Assembly: GCF_006345805.1 (NCBI RefSeq)
Contig: NC_042999.1
Location: 37,324,001 to 37,388,000, forward strand
DNA: 64,000 nt
Direction: 5' to 3'
Source: Octopus sinensis
Taxonomy: Eukaryota
Below the pieces are notes generated by a model, which searched no databases, was not told the origin of the DNA, and worked only from the letters and a program-made list of their open reading frames with translations. Positions 52,871-64,000 of this stretch are shown here, piece by piece. The position numbers and the translations under genes are program-made. Every line of letters starts with the position of its first letter. Position 1 is the stretch's first letter.

Positions 52871-53297
52871 TATCTCCTTTATCGTATTTTCTTTTTTATT
52901 TCACTCCTCTCTTTTACTCACCATTCCACTGCTATAAAATCTCTTTAATTTCCTCCTACCCTCTCTTTCACCGGCCCATATTTTCTGTTTCTTTCATCTC
53001 GCTTTCATTGTCTTTTCTTCCTCTCTATTTTGTCACTCTAATACTGGCAACACTTCTTTTATTTCACTGCTTCCTCTTCTCTTTCTTTCTTGGTGCTTTT
53101 AATGTCAATTCAAATCCCTCGTCTTCTTTGATACTCCAAATACTTTATTCTCCCTTGCTGTTACTTTCTGTCTCTCTTACACCCCCTCATCTGCTGTCCT
53201 CTCTTTCGTGCATTCTTTGTTGTTGCTTTTTTCTAAAAAAACAAAAAAAAAAGAAACAAGACAAAACAAAACAAATGGTTATAATTTATTTTAAGTA
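52543..53297 (-). repeat. Inverted duplication, copy 2 (partner 45358-46102)
   Basis: Reverse complement of 45358-46102. Confidence 0.9.
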
Positions 53298-53726
53298 GGA
53301 AGTCAAATTTTATAGGTGCGTCTTCAAATTACTGTCTCGACTAATTATAGTCTTTCGTGCTGTCAGCGATTCGCTACACTCGAATAAAACCACAATTGTA
53401 AGTTGAAACTGAATGAATTTAATTTTAAATTTAATTGCAATTGTTCGGTTAAAGAAGTCTGAGCACTCGTGTGTGTGTATCTATAGGTAAGTTACATACA
53501 CATGAAACATGTCTATATATATTTATAAACCTATATATACATGTGCATGCATGACCTAGTTATATGTTTTGAAAAAATATATTCTATTTTATTTATGATT
53601 TTTTTATGTCTATGATTGTTTGAATTGCATAATAGTGATTTTTCTCTAATTCATATATTATATTGTGAAATTTGATTTAATACTAAATTGAATTTTTCCC
53701 TGTAAGTTTGGAGTTATACTCCCTAA

Positions 53727-53882
53727 TATTATATATATATATATATATATACATACACACATGTATATATATATACATATATACATATATCTATATATCT
53801 ATATATATACATATATATTATACATAATATATATACATATATATATATACATACATCTATATATATGTATATATATATATAC

Positions 53883-53931
<49 letters not shown>

Positions 53932-54092
53932 CATAATATATATATATATATATATATATATACACTATATATATATATAACATATATATATGTATATATA
54001 AATATATATACATCTATATATATGTATATAAATATATATATACATTATATATATATATATACATTATATATATATATATATATTATATATAC

Positions 54093-54134
<42 letters not shown>

Positions 54135-54323
54135 CTATATATACATATATTTATATATCTATACATACATATTATATATACATACATATATATATATATA
54201 CATACATATATATATATATATACATACATATATATATATATATATACATACATATATATATACATAATATATATATATATATATATCTAATATATATATA
54301 TATATATACATACATATAATATA

Positions 54324-54407
<84 letters not shown>
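53727..54407. repeat. ~680-bp interrupted (TA)n microsatellite
   Basis: Direct reading. Confidence 0.95.
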
Positions 54408-54409
<2 letters not shown>

Positions 54410-55338
54410 AAATATTTTATAATATATACATAATTATAACAAGGGATCGGTTATGCCTCACTAGGCACTGCAAGAAATAGACGCTAAAGCCCCTATTGCC
54501 ACCTTAAAATCTCCAAGAATAACACACTATATTGTAGGCGAGCAAAAGAAAAATAATGAATCAACAAGGTTCAGTTAACTGCGTACAAAATCGTGTTTCA
54601 AGCTTAAAGCAAAAAAAATGTTTTATCTACTGCTGTCATCAGCGACATTATTCCATAGCATAAACTTACGAGTATCTCAAAATATGCATGCAATCGGCGA
54701 TATCGCATGACCAATATCCATGCACACTTGTAAAAATATGCTGCCATGCAGAATTCCCGTCTTTCTTTTATACCCACGCGTAGCGTGTTAAGATCTAGAC
54801 CGCAGTAAATACAGTTTCAATCATGGAATAAATTTATTTAAATATTAATTATAATAAAAGGGTAAAATCAGTAGTGATTTAACCAGGTGGTCAGAGCGGA
54901 AATAAAAACCTCACAGGTAAATTTTTCAATATATTTTATAATTATATACATAATTATAACAAGAGATCGGCTTTACGCTTCACCACGCACTATATAGTGT
55001 GTTATTCTCGGAAATTTTAAGGTTGGTAATAGGGGCTTTATCGTTTATTTCAAAAAAGTTTCCAAAGTCGAATTATTCAAACCCTAAAGAATCCCTCTCA
55101 ACACATGGCTATGATGCTCCCCCACTACTTCTGTTCGTGATCAGAGATGAACATATCGTCAGCTACTAAGGGACATGGTCAACTGGTTAAGGTCAAACAA
55201 CTGACAAGCAAATCTGTGGTATTGAGCAGAATATTTGCTGTAGCCCAGCTTTCTCATCATCATCGTCATCATCATCAACATTATCCTCCTCCTCCCCCTC
55301 CTCCCTCTCCTCCTCTTCCACATCATCATCATCATCAT

Positions 55339-56555
55339 CTTTGTACGGGATGATACAGGAAGAAAATGGCGAAAGCCGAATTAGCCCCCCCCCCACCGCC
55401 GCCAGCGAAATTTTGAATCGCACAAAGGAAAGCACAATTATTTATAAAACATACGACTGTGAGAAAAAGAAATTTGAATACTTCGAAGAAAATACCGTAG
55501 AAAAGTGCCTCGGGCCAGTGTTAGGCCAGATAAAATACCTTATCCCAGATACTTAATATGCGACTGTGGAAGCGAGATTTGAATCAGCCGAGAAGGCAAA
55601 AGAATTACCTAACTCGAACCTTGCAAAGTGGTAGCATTATGTTGCTACCACTTTGCAAGGTTCGAGTTGATAATCCAGGACGTAGAACGTTCCGGATTAA
55701 GATTAAAAACATCCCACCGGAGATTGAGATTGCGTGGATAATTGCCACCCTACAATACAGGAGAGAGGAGAAAATAAATATAATACAGATCTCCAGAGAC
55801 GCCCCACGAAATTGGCGAGGGCAAATTCTGGAGATCTTGGCCCAGGCAACAACAATGGACTTGGAAAAATTGCCAGAAACAATATGCATTGGCGAAGACA
55901 CCATATTAACTGTGCATGTCGAGGGGAGGAAACCCAGGTGCTTCAAATGCGGAAAAATGGGGCACCTGAGGTCGAATTGCCCCCAACAGAAAAAAAGCAC
56001 AGCAGAAGGAACAAGAAGCACAGGGGAAGGAACAGGAAGAAAATGTAGAAGAGGAGGCACCCTCAGCCACGGAGGATGTTACGTAGAGAACAGCCACTGA
56101 ATCAGAACAAATCATTAAATCAGTCGAAGTGACACCGTCAGCAGAAGGAATGGACTTCGAGACGGTGTCGCGAAAAAGGCGAAAGAAAGCAGTGGAGTCA
56201 CCTACTAAAGAGGCGGCTCCGAAAACCAAAGGAAGAAAAAAATGTAGTGACCTGGAGGAAAAAACAAAACGAGAAAACATTTATGTCGAGAAAAATAGAT
56301 AAACCCAAGCCCCAAAAGGTGGTATTCAAGAACACCAATAACTCAATGATGGTGGTAATTAAACCCCTCTTACAAAGCAAAATATACCTAACGAGTAACA
56401 GTAAAAATCCGAACAGCATTGTGAAGATCCATAAAGAACTATACAAGGACTTCAAGAACAGATTTCCTAAAGAAATTATCGAGATAAAAGACTTACCAAA
56501 AGTGTTCGACCAGCCGCACCAGTGCTGAGGATGATCCCCTTAGACTAAAATGTGC
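55339..56555 (+). mobile_element. ORF1/gag-like zinc-knuckle element, frameshifted, no RT
   Basis: RIKIKNIPPEIEIAWI...LTVHVEGRKPRCFKCGKMGHLRSNC (CX2CX4HX4C); related in layout to 42417-43760. Confidence 0.7.
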
Positions 56556-56863
56556 CTGTTCGTGATCAGAGATGCACATATCGTCAGCAACTAAGGGACA
56601 TGGTCAACTGGTTAAGGTCAAACAACTGACAAGCAAATCAGTGGTATTGAGCAGAATATTTGCTGTAGCCTATCTTTCTATTCATCATCATCGTCATAGT
56701 CATCATCATCAACATTATCCTCCTCCTCCTCCTCCTCCTCACAACATCATCATCATCATCATCATGTATATGAAAATGTTCCAAACTCCACTTTCTAAAT
56801 TTTCTTTTGAATATTTTATAAACCAAGATTTATATATAAAGACCTATTATTTTATGAATATTA

Positions 56864-57041
56864 GGCGTAGCAGTGCCTGTGAAGTAAGAAGCTTGCTTAC
56901 CAACTACATGGTTTCGGGTTCAGTCCCACGGCATGGCAATTTGAGCAAGTGTCTTCTACTATAGCCTCGGGCCGACCAAAGCCTTGTGAGTGGATTTGGT
57001 AGACGGAAACTGAAAGAAGCCCGTCGTATATATGTATATAC

Positions 57042-57076
<35 letters not shown>

Positions 57077-57078
57077 GT

Positions 57079-57113
<35 letters not shown>

Positions 57114-57320
57114 TTGTGTGTCTGTGTTTGTCCCTCCAGCATCGCTTGACAACCTATGCTGGTGTGTTTACGTCCCAGTAACTTAGCGGTTCGGCAAAAG
57201 AGACCGATAGAATAAGTACTAGGCTTACAAATAATAAGTCCTGGGGTCGATTTGCTCGACTAAAAGCGATGCTCCAGCATGACCACAGTCAAAATGACTG
57301 AAACAAGTAAAAGAGTAAAG
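56864..57320 (+). mobile_element. tRNA-derived SINE, family A
   Basis: Matches 3631-4034. Confidence 0.85.
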
Positions 57321-57406
57321 TGTATTACTATTCAGAAAAATACTAGGTAATGAACCAGTAATGCACTGGATATTATTATCCATTAATGAGGCTATTTTAA
57401 CTTCTA

Positions 57407-57514
<108 letters not shown>

Positions 57515-59374
57515 CCTTAGTTTGTTATTAATACTGTTAGTATTGGTGTTTTATGTTTTTTCATTATGCTTATTCTTCAGCAATTATGTTTGTTGTTTTT
57601 AATCATCCTTCCTCTTCACATGTCATCCCTATGTGAGTAGCTTTATGAGAGAAGGGATTCCAGACGTGTTTCCAATGTGTTCATTCTCATTATTAAAAAA
57701 GTGACATGAAGCTATTTAGCTGCTATCTCTAGTATTTCGAACGACCAACCAGAATCTCTATCGTCGGTTCGTTTTCCTGTATAGAACACTGGATGAAAGT
57801 CTTTAGGTGAAAGATTTTTGGATGAAACTCAATAGATAAGTATAGTCCTTATTTAACAAGTCCCTGTCCGCCATTACTCAAAAATCACTAGCTGTACGAA
57901 AGAGACTATGTGGTTGTTTGTTCCGCTACAAGTAGCAGTTAAATCTCCACCGAATCAGATTCTACTACCTTTAAAAATGCATACATTAGATAACTTAATC
58001 GATTTCCTTCAATTTCGATTATGAGTATTTACTTGTTCGATGAACTGAACTGCTTGTTATTGAATTAACTTGTAAACAGTTGAACTTCCTGCCACACGTA
58101 TACTCTTAATGCGCTATTCTCATTAAAGTTAAGCTGAAACAGATTTATAAAATGTTTCAGAATGTCCAGAAGAAATACTGTATACTTGTAAAGGTATGTT
58201 GAAATAGTTCATTTTCTACCATCCACATTTACACCACTTGGAAGATATAGAAAATATTTGTCATGAAAAAATCGAATCCCTTTTTGTTACACACGTCACA
58301 TGAGGTAAATCAGAATTGTGATCGTAGACACTGTTGTCTTGCAAACTCCTTTGCATTTTTTTTAAATGTCAAGGTCAGTGTGAATAAATACCAGGAGACT
58401 TTTTATGCTGCTCTAAAGGAATTCAGAGGACACAGTAGTTAACATTTTCGAATGTAAAAAGTTACTTTGTGAGTAGTCACACACGTCACACTTTTCTGAT
58501 CATGTCAAATCAGGTCAGGTAGGCGGGCATGCACCGATGCAGTGTCTCGCTGCATTCACTAATTGTCGCTATCTATTTGGGTTGTCTCGGGAAACTCTCC
58601 GAGCAGTGTTATAGTCAGTCCCCATATCAACGAGATACTTCCCCATCCGCTGTGGTCATGTGGTATGTGGACGATCAACATGAGCTGTCACCCTAGCCAG
58701 ATCCTCAGAGATGAGAGCATAATACGTAGGATCCAATACGGAGAATTGAGCTACATGACCAAAACGTCTTAGCTGATGCTCCCGAATAATACAAGTGACA
58801 GGATACATCCCGGCTTCTGAGTAGAGTCGTTGGTTGAATACAAAATCCGACCAATGGCAAGGCTTTCATACGTGTTGATAAACAAAAATTAAAGTTTAAT
58901 TTTCGCATCGAAATACCTCATGGAATATTATAGAGTTTTTTAGTCAACTTATAAAAATATCAAAGTTCAGTTCTCTATACTGATCTTTCTTATTGCGGTT
59001 GAAGGTTATGTGCCAGTAGATCCGCATTTAATAAGATATTTCCTATCTTCAATTTTCTTAGAGATTATTCTGTTATAACGGGAGAATGTGCCCTAAGTTT
59101 GTATGAGATTCTTCATCTCTTATTTTTTTTGGCAATTTTATTATTTCTTGATTCCATAAAAAACATAAATACAATAAATTGTACATTATGTATATAAAAA
59201 TGTTCGATGCTGTTAATAAATATTGTTGAAAATATTTCTTTCCTCTCAAGTTGTTATTACCATAAATCATTCAACATGTTAATCGTACACAACCACAGCT
59301 TTATAGCTATATGAATTGATATGAACATAATCTAAATATATGCTATATAATATATATATAATATTACATAGTAA

Positions 59375-59892
59375 GAGGAGGTACCCAAAAGAAACCGGAA
59401 TTTTGCAATATTATTTTGTTCGCTTAGTTTTTACATGTTTACACTTTTATTGCCTTCAAAGTATTCGATATTTGAAGCAATATATAGGTTCAGGCGTGTT
59501 TTTCACTATTCGAAGCAGTGCTAGAACTGCCTTTTAACGCCTCCGTCGTTTTTTTCTTCACCACTTCCATATCTGCAAATTCCGTAGCACCAGCTTTCGT
59601 CACTTATGATGACCTTCGAAAAAAAATCCTGATCAATTTCCAACTGTTCCTTTACTACACGACACGTATTTAGTTGCGACTGCTTGATCTTACGTGAGCA
59701 AGCGAAGTACAGATTTTGTTGCAGCTCAAAATTCGTTGGCAGGAGCTCCAGGACATACCAATCATATCAACAAGTTCGTCAGTTGTTCGGTGATGGTCCT
59801 CCAGGATCAGTTCATGAATTTTGGGGAAGTTTTCATTCGTTCGGGAGCTCGACGGTCATCTTGAACGAGGTTGGTCTTCAAGTAACAAGTGA
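59375..59892 (-). mobile_element. Mariner fragment, same family as 40256-41210
   Basis: Terminus gaggaggtacccaaaagaaaccggaa; shares segments with 16140-16620. Confidence 0.7.
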
Positions 59893-59896
59893 CCAT

Positions 59897-60003
<107 letters not shown>

Positions 60004-60049
60004 CACGCACACATACACACACACACACATATATATTAATAACAATGGA

Positions 60050-60560
60050 TGGATAATGGTTCATTCCACACAACTGTTTCCAACTAGTTTTATTGATAAA
60101 TAGAGATATTAAATCATGCGAAAACAAATCGTTTTCATCAGATGAATGTACACGAATTACACATTTAAAAAAACATTCCCAAAACACCAGTTTGTGCAAC
60201 TTCATGATTCCCTGACCAGTAATAGTCAAAAGAATGAATTTGCTTGAAGTCAAGTCTCGTAAAGATTATGAATAAAATAACCCTATCTCTTAAAGGTTGA
60301 ACTGAATATCATTATACCTTTTCCTCTAAACTTCCTAATACTAAAAAATACTCTCCATTTCCCTTCCTGTCACCGTAATGTGTTTCTTGTATTAACTTCT
60401 AGATTAAGCAAGCAAAGTCATTCGTGTATAAGCAAGCAAAGTCATTTGTGTATAATCAGCTGATGAAAACGTTATTTTTTTTTTTGCACGATCTAATATC
60501 TCTATCTATCAATTAAAAAAATCGTTGGAAACAACTGTAGTGAATGAACCATTATCTATC
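60050..60560. mobile_element. MITE-like element with ~70-bp imperfect inverted ends
   Basis: gataatggttcatt...tttccaac...gatattaaatc mirrored by gatctaatatc...gttggaaac...aatgaaccattatc. Confidence 0.5.
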
Positions 60561-60850
60561 TGCTGTTATTTATTTATTATTCATCTTAGTCGGAACCTGA
60601 TATTAGCGTGGATCTGGAGTCTATTGAGCGCAGTACAATTGGTGCAGTGTGTATTCTTAAATACTACTTTATGACTCATAATATACTTAGTCAGCTGCAG
60701 TTAAGTGTATAAACAACTGGAATAATGTCTGTAATTCGCTATGTAGATATTTGTTCCTCTGATTTCGTTGTATACACAATTTCCTTTTTTTGACCCGACC
60801 CAGTGCTTTACCATCTAAGTACTTGATTCACTTGAAGCCTGAACTTTTAT

Positions 60851-60883
<33 letters not shown>

Positions 60884-60913
60884 AGAGTTAAGGAATGGAG
60901 CAGATAAGATCCG

Positions 60914-60997
60914 GGCTACATATGTTTCGTAGTGAGCGGAACCTCGGAAGTGGCAAATATCCAAGCGAGGTGTATACCGCAGGCTACTCTTGAGGCC
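60914..60997 (-). ncRNA. Degenerate hammerhead fold with an extended stem II
   Basis: GGC-CTCAAGA-GTAG...CTAC-GAAA-CATATG-TA-GCC; G5 mutated to C. Confidence 0.45.
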
Positions 60998-61639
60998 AAG
61001 GGCATCTTGATTAAATGAAAGTTTACATTGTCGCAAGGAGGTACATGTTAACATATGAAAGATTCAATTAGAATGTGTAGAGAATACAGTAGGAGTGGAG
61101 AATATAAATGTAGTGAGAAATAAAGATTATTAGAAGGAAAAAGGGACCCCCCCCCAAACATAAGAGAATGAGATGAGCGAGGTCATTTGACCGGTAGTAT
61201 TTAATCATAGAAATTAGCAAGGGAAGGGGTATTTGAAAAACAAGATAATGTGAAATGAAGAGGGTGGGGAAATATTTTTTGGTCAATGGGGCAAAAAATT
61301 ATGTATGAAGAAAGCAAGAGAGAATGGGAAGAATCGTGGCGGCTACTACGGGCTATCGGTTTAGGAATGTATATTGTATGCAGTGAGTGTGTTTACAGTA
61401 TGGAGTAGTAGGGGTGTATGTTGGCGTATGTACTTGTAAGTTTACGAAGGAAGGGGTAGGAGGGGGAAGGTGAAATAAGAGAAAATGCTTATAAATGGCA
61501 GGGAAAGTACAGAGAGAAGTAAGTGTCAATAAGAAATTAAAGGTAAGATATATTGTTGGCTTAATATATAGTTGTAGTGAGGATAAATAAGAGGGAAAAT
61601 TAATGAAGGTAAAGGGTGAAAAAAAACAAAACGGGGTGG

Positions 61640-62230
61640 GATTGTTGCTATTTGTATTTTGAGAATAGATTTAGTGATCGATATTTGCAGGTAAAAATTA
61701 TACTGCTGCGTTCATTAAGCCAATCCGGGGATTACAAAATAGCTAAGACCTCGGCTATGCAGAGATCACACTTGCTATTATAGCTGCTGTATGGTTTGGC
61801 GTGGTTGACTATGGACCACTTGAGAGTGTAAGGAGTTGAATCAATTTTTAGTTTATTGATGAGCCAAGATAACGAAGTACTGTTGGGTTTTGTTACGGAC
61901 TTGAAACTAGAGTAGTGGTTGCTCACTCTAGCTTTGAAGGTGGTGCTGCATGAGCCGATATATATGTAGTTACAGCTAGCAGCTGATACTGTACACTTGT
62001 AAAGAATGTTTTTTGTGAGACAGCAGTTATCTAAAGGACAGGAGATTTTGTGTCTGCAGCTACATAGGTTTGGTTGGAGGTGTATGGTGGTGTCTGTCTC
62101 GGTGAGTTGCGATGTATCTAGAACTTGGGGTCATTTGGCAGGAAGGTTGTTTGTTAGATTGTATTTTACTCTGAAATTTGGATGGGTCTTGGAGTGGGTG
62201 ATGTTACGTTTATTATATAGGGTTGATGGG
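61640..62230 (-). mobile_element. Penelope-like GIY-YIG endonuclease remnant
   Basis: YIGSCSTTFKARVSNHYSSF...YTLKWSIV.HAKPY.....CDLCIAE. Confidence 0.7.
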
Positions 62231-62242
62231 GGAGAGGAACTG

Positions 62243-62285
<43 letters not shown>

Positions 62286-62609
62286 ATATGTGTATGTGCG
62301 TGTGTGTGTATGTGTGTGTGTGTGCGCGGGTATGTGTGTGTGTAGTACGTAAGGTATATCTTTTATCATTTACATGTTTCGATCATTAGACTGCGGCCAT
62401 GACGGGGGCACCATCTTGAAGGGTGTAGTTAAGCAACTCAATCCCCAAACTTACTTTATTTTTTAAGTCTGGCACTTATTCTATCGGTTTTTTTTTGCCG
62501 TACTCCTAAGTTTCAGAGATGTAAATGAACCAATACCGGTTGTCAAGCAGTGTTTGGGGACAAACCCAAAGGCGTGCGCGCGCACACACACACATATCGA
62601 TGTAAATAT

Positions 62610-62658
<49 letters not shown>

Positions 62659-63589
62659 CTACCACATACACACACACACATATATATGCATACATATATT
62701 TATATACATACATGCATACACACACAGAGACACAAACACACACACAAGTAAATACACAAAGGAAAGAATCTGGTACACAATACATTTCTTTTATCTTTTA
62801 TCTTTCACTTGCTTCAGTCATTAAACTGTGGCCATGATGGGGCAGGAGTTACATATATATTTAATAATAGTCTGACTCAGATTCATTTGACTACGCACCC
62901 ATGATACTTCGAGTCATATGCTGCTGAGTCAAACTGTTATCAAATTCAGCATTCATCTTTATACGTGTTTGGGCAACCATTCCCAACCAGTCAGAACTCA
63001 CCGTACGAGTTGTACTATTCCTACTTTCGATCGCTGAATACAAAACTTGGCTGGCGGGACGTCGGTTCGGGTGGTTTTCCTGAGTCACCATGTCCTCTTT
63101 GTGCACCACTCTGTCACAACGCTACGTATTTAAGGCTGGGTTGACTAGAGCAACGTGAAATGACGTGTTCTGCTCATGAACACAACGCAAAGCCGGTCTG
63201 AGAATCGAAACCATGACCCTGGGATCATGAGTGCAACATCTTAAACCACCAGGTTACGCGCCTTCACTCATTATTAGATGACCGTTGACTCTCTTGAGGT
63301 CCTCTGCCCTTTGACGGGTTTTAATTTTCGCCCCCCCCCCTGTAATGTCCAATAAACCACTCTCCTCACGCAGTAAGCTTGGTGGGATTATCGGTTTAGT
63401 CCCCGATAACCCGACCGTGAGACTGATTGTACTGGGTTACATGTTACCAGTAGCGCTCGAGAGCGACCTTATATACATACATACATACATACATACATAC
63501 ATACATACATACATACATACATACATACATACATACATACATACAACTATGAGAGAATGTCTTCCACATGCTGTCATCCTATGAAACTG

Positions 63590-63950
63590 TGCTCTCAACG
63601 GTCTGGAAAAGCACAACCGGCCAGATATCGTTGTGTGGGACCAAAAAGAAAAGATATTTTCTGCTGTGGAAAGCAGCTTCGCCCTGGACACGGATGTAGT
63701 TAGAAAATTTCAGGAGAAAGAAGTCATCTATGGACCAATGATAAGGAATTTGCAAATCCAGTAACTAAGATACATTTCATACCCATTATTATTGGAACAA
63801 CAGGATATATACCAACTTGTCTGAAGCAAAGTATGGCTGAACTTGGGACCTTGGTGAGAGAATGGTTAATCCTTAATTCATATGCTATAAATGATCACGA
63901 TACGTGAGACCATAAAGTTCTGCAAGACCTTCCTAAGATTTAAAAGATGA
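63590..63950 (+). mobile_element. 3' remnant of an RLE-type non-LTR element
   Basis: KHNRPDIVVWDQKEK...QEKEVIYGPM...FIPIIIGTTGYIP. Confidence 0.65.
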
Positions 63951-64000
63951 CAATTAAATCATGATACTTTCAGTCACAGACTTGCTACCGAGTCGGTGGC

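Noticed and set aside
52230-53240. Decayed E/K/R-rich minus-strand exon interrupted by the 5S-SINE insert (also MDAAKRLAQ|gtaagg)
   Set aside because: About six stops in the best frame; charged residues are explained by purine-rich composition

Overview
AT-rich, microsatellite-dense eukaryotic DNA. The SINE, LINE and mariner repertoire suggests an octopod cephalopod (inference). The only host gene I can support is the 3' end of a calpain-type penta-EF-hand (PEF) gene on the + strand. It has five coding exons (2772-2840, 6983-7061, 8476-8592, 22875-22927, 24036-24062; 69/79/117/53/27 nt), which I spliced by eye; the ORF track misses most of them. Its EF-hand loops are degenerate. The rest is mostly mobile DNA: mariner/Tc1 remnants, several tRNA-derived SINE families, a near full-length R4/Dong-type non-LTR element inside (AAT)n, CR1-like and HERO-like 3' ends, three non-autonomous Helitrons, two ORF1/gag-only zinc-knuckle elements, and many Penelope-like elements (PLEs). 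The most notable signals are four. (i) At least nine hammerhead-ribozyme folds, mostly tied to PLE-like termini; four have an AUGAnUA core (compensatory A3-U8 instead of C3-G8) with covarying stem I, and two have a CCGAnGA core. (ii) A full-length 5S rRNA copy fused to a SINE dimer and flanked by a 15-bp target-site duplication. (iii) A ~750-bp inverted duplication 6.4 kb apart. (iv) A gag-only element flanked by a ~205-bp direct repeat. Near-identical duplicates differ largely by 1-bp indels, so some frameshifts and duplications may be long-read assembly errors. Most ORF-track entries are microsatellite artefacts.
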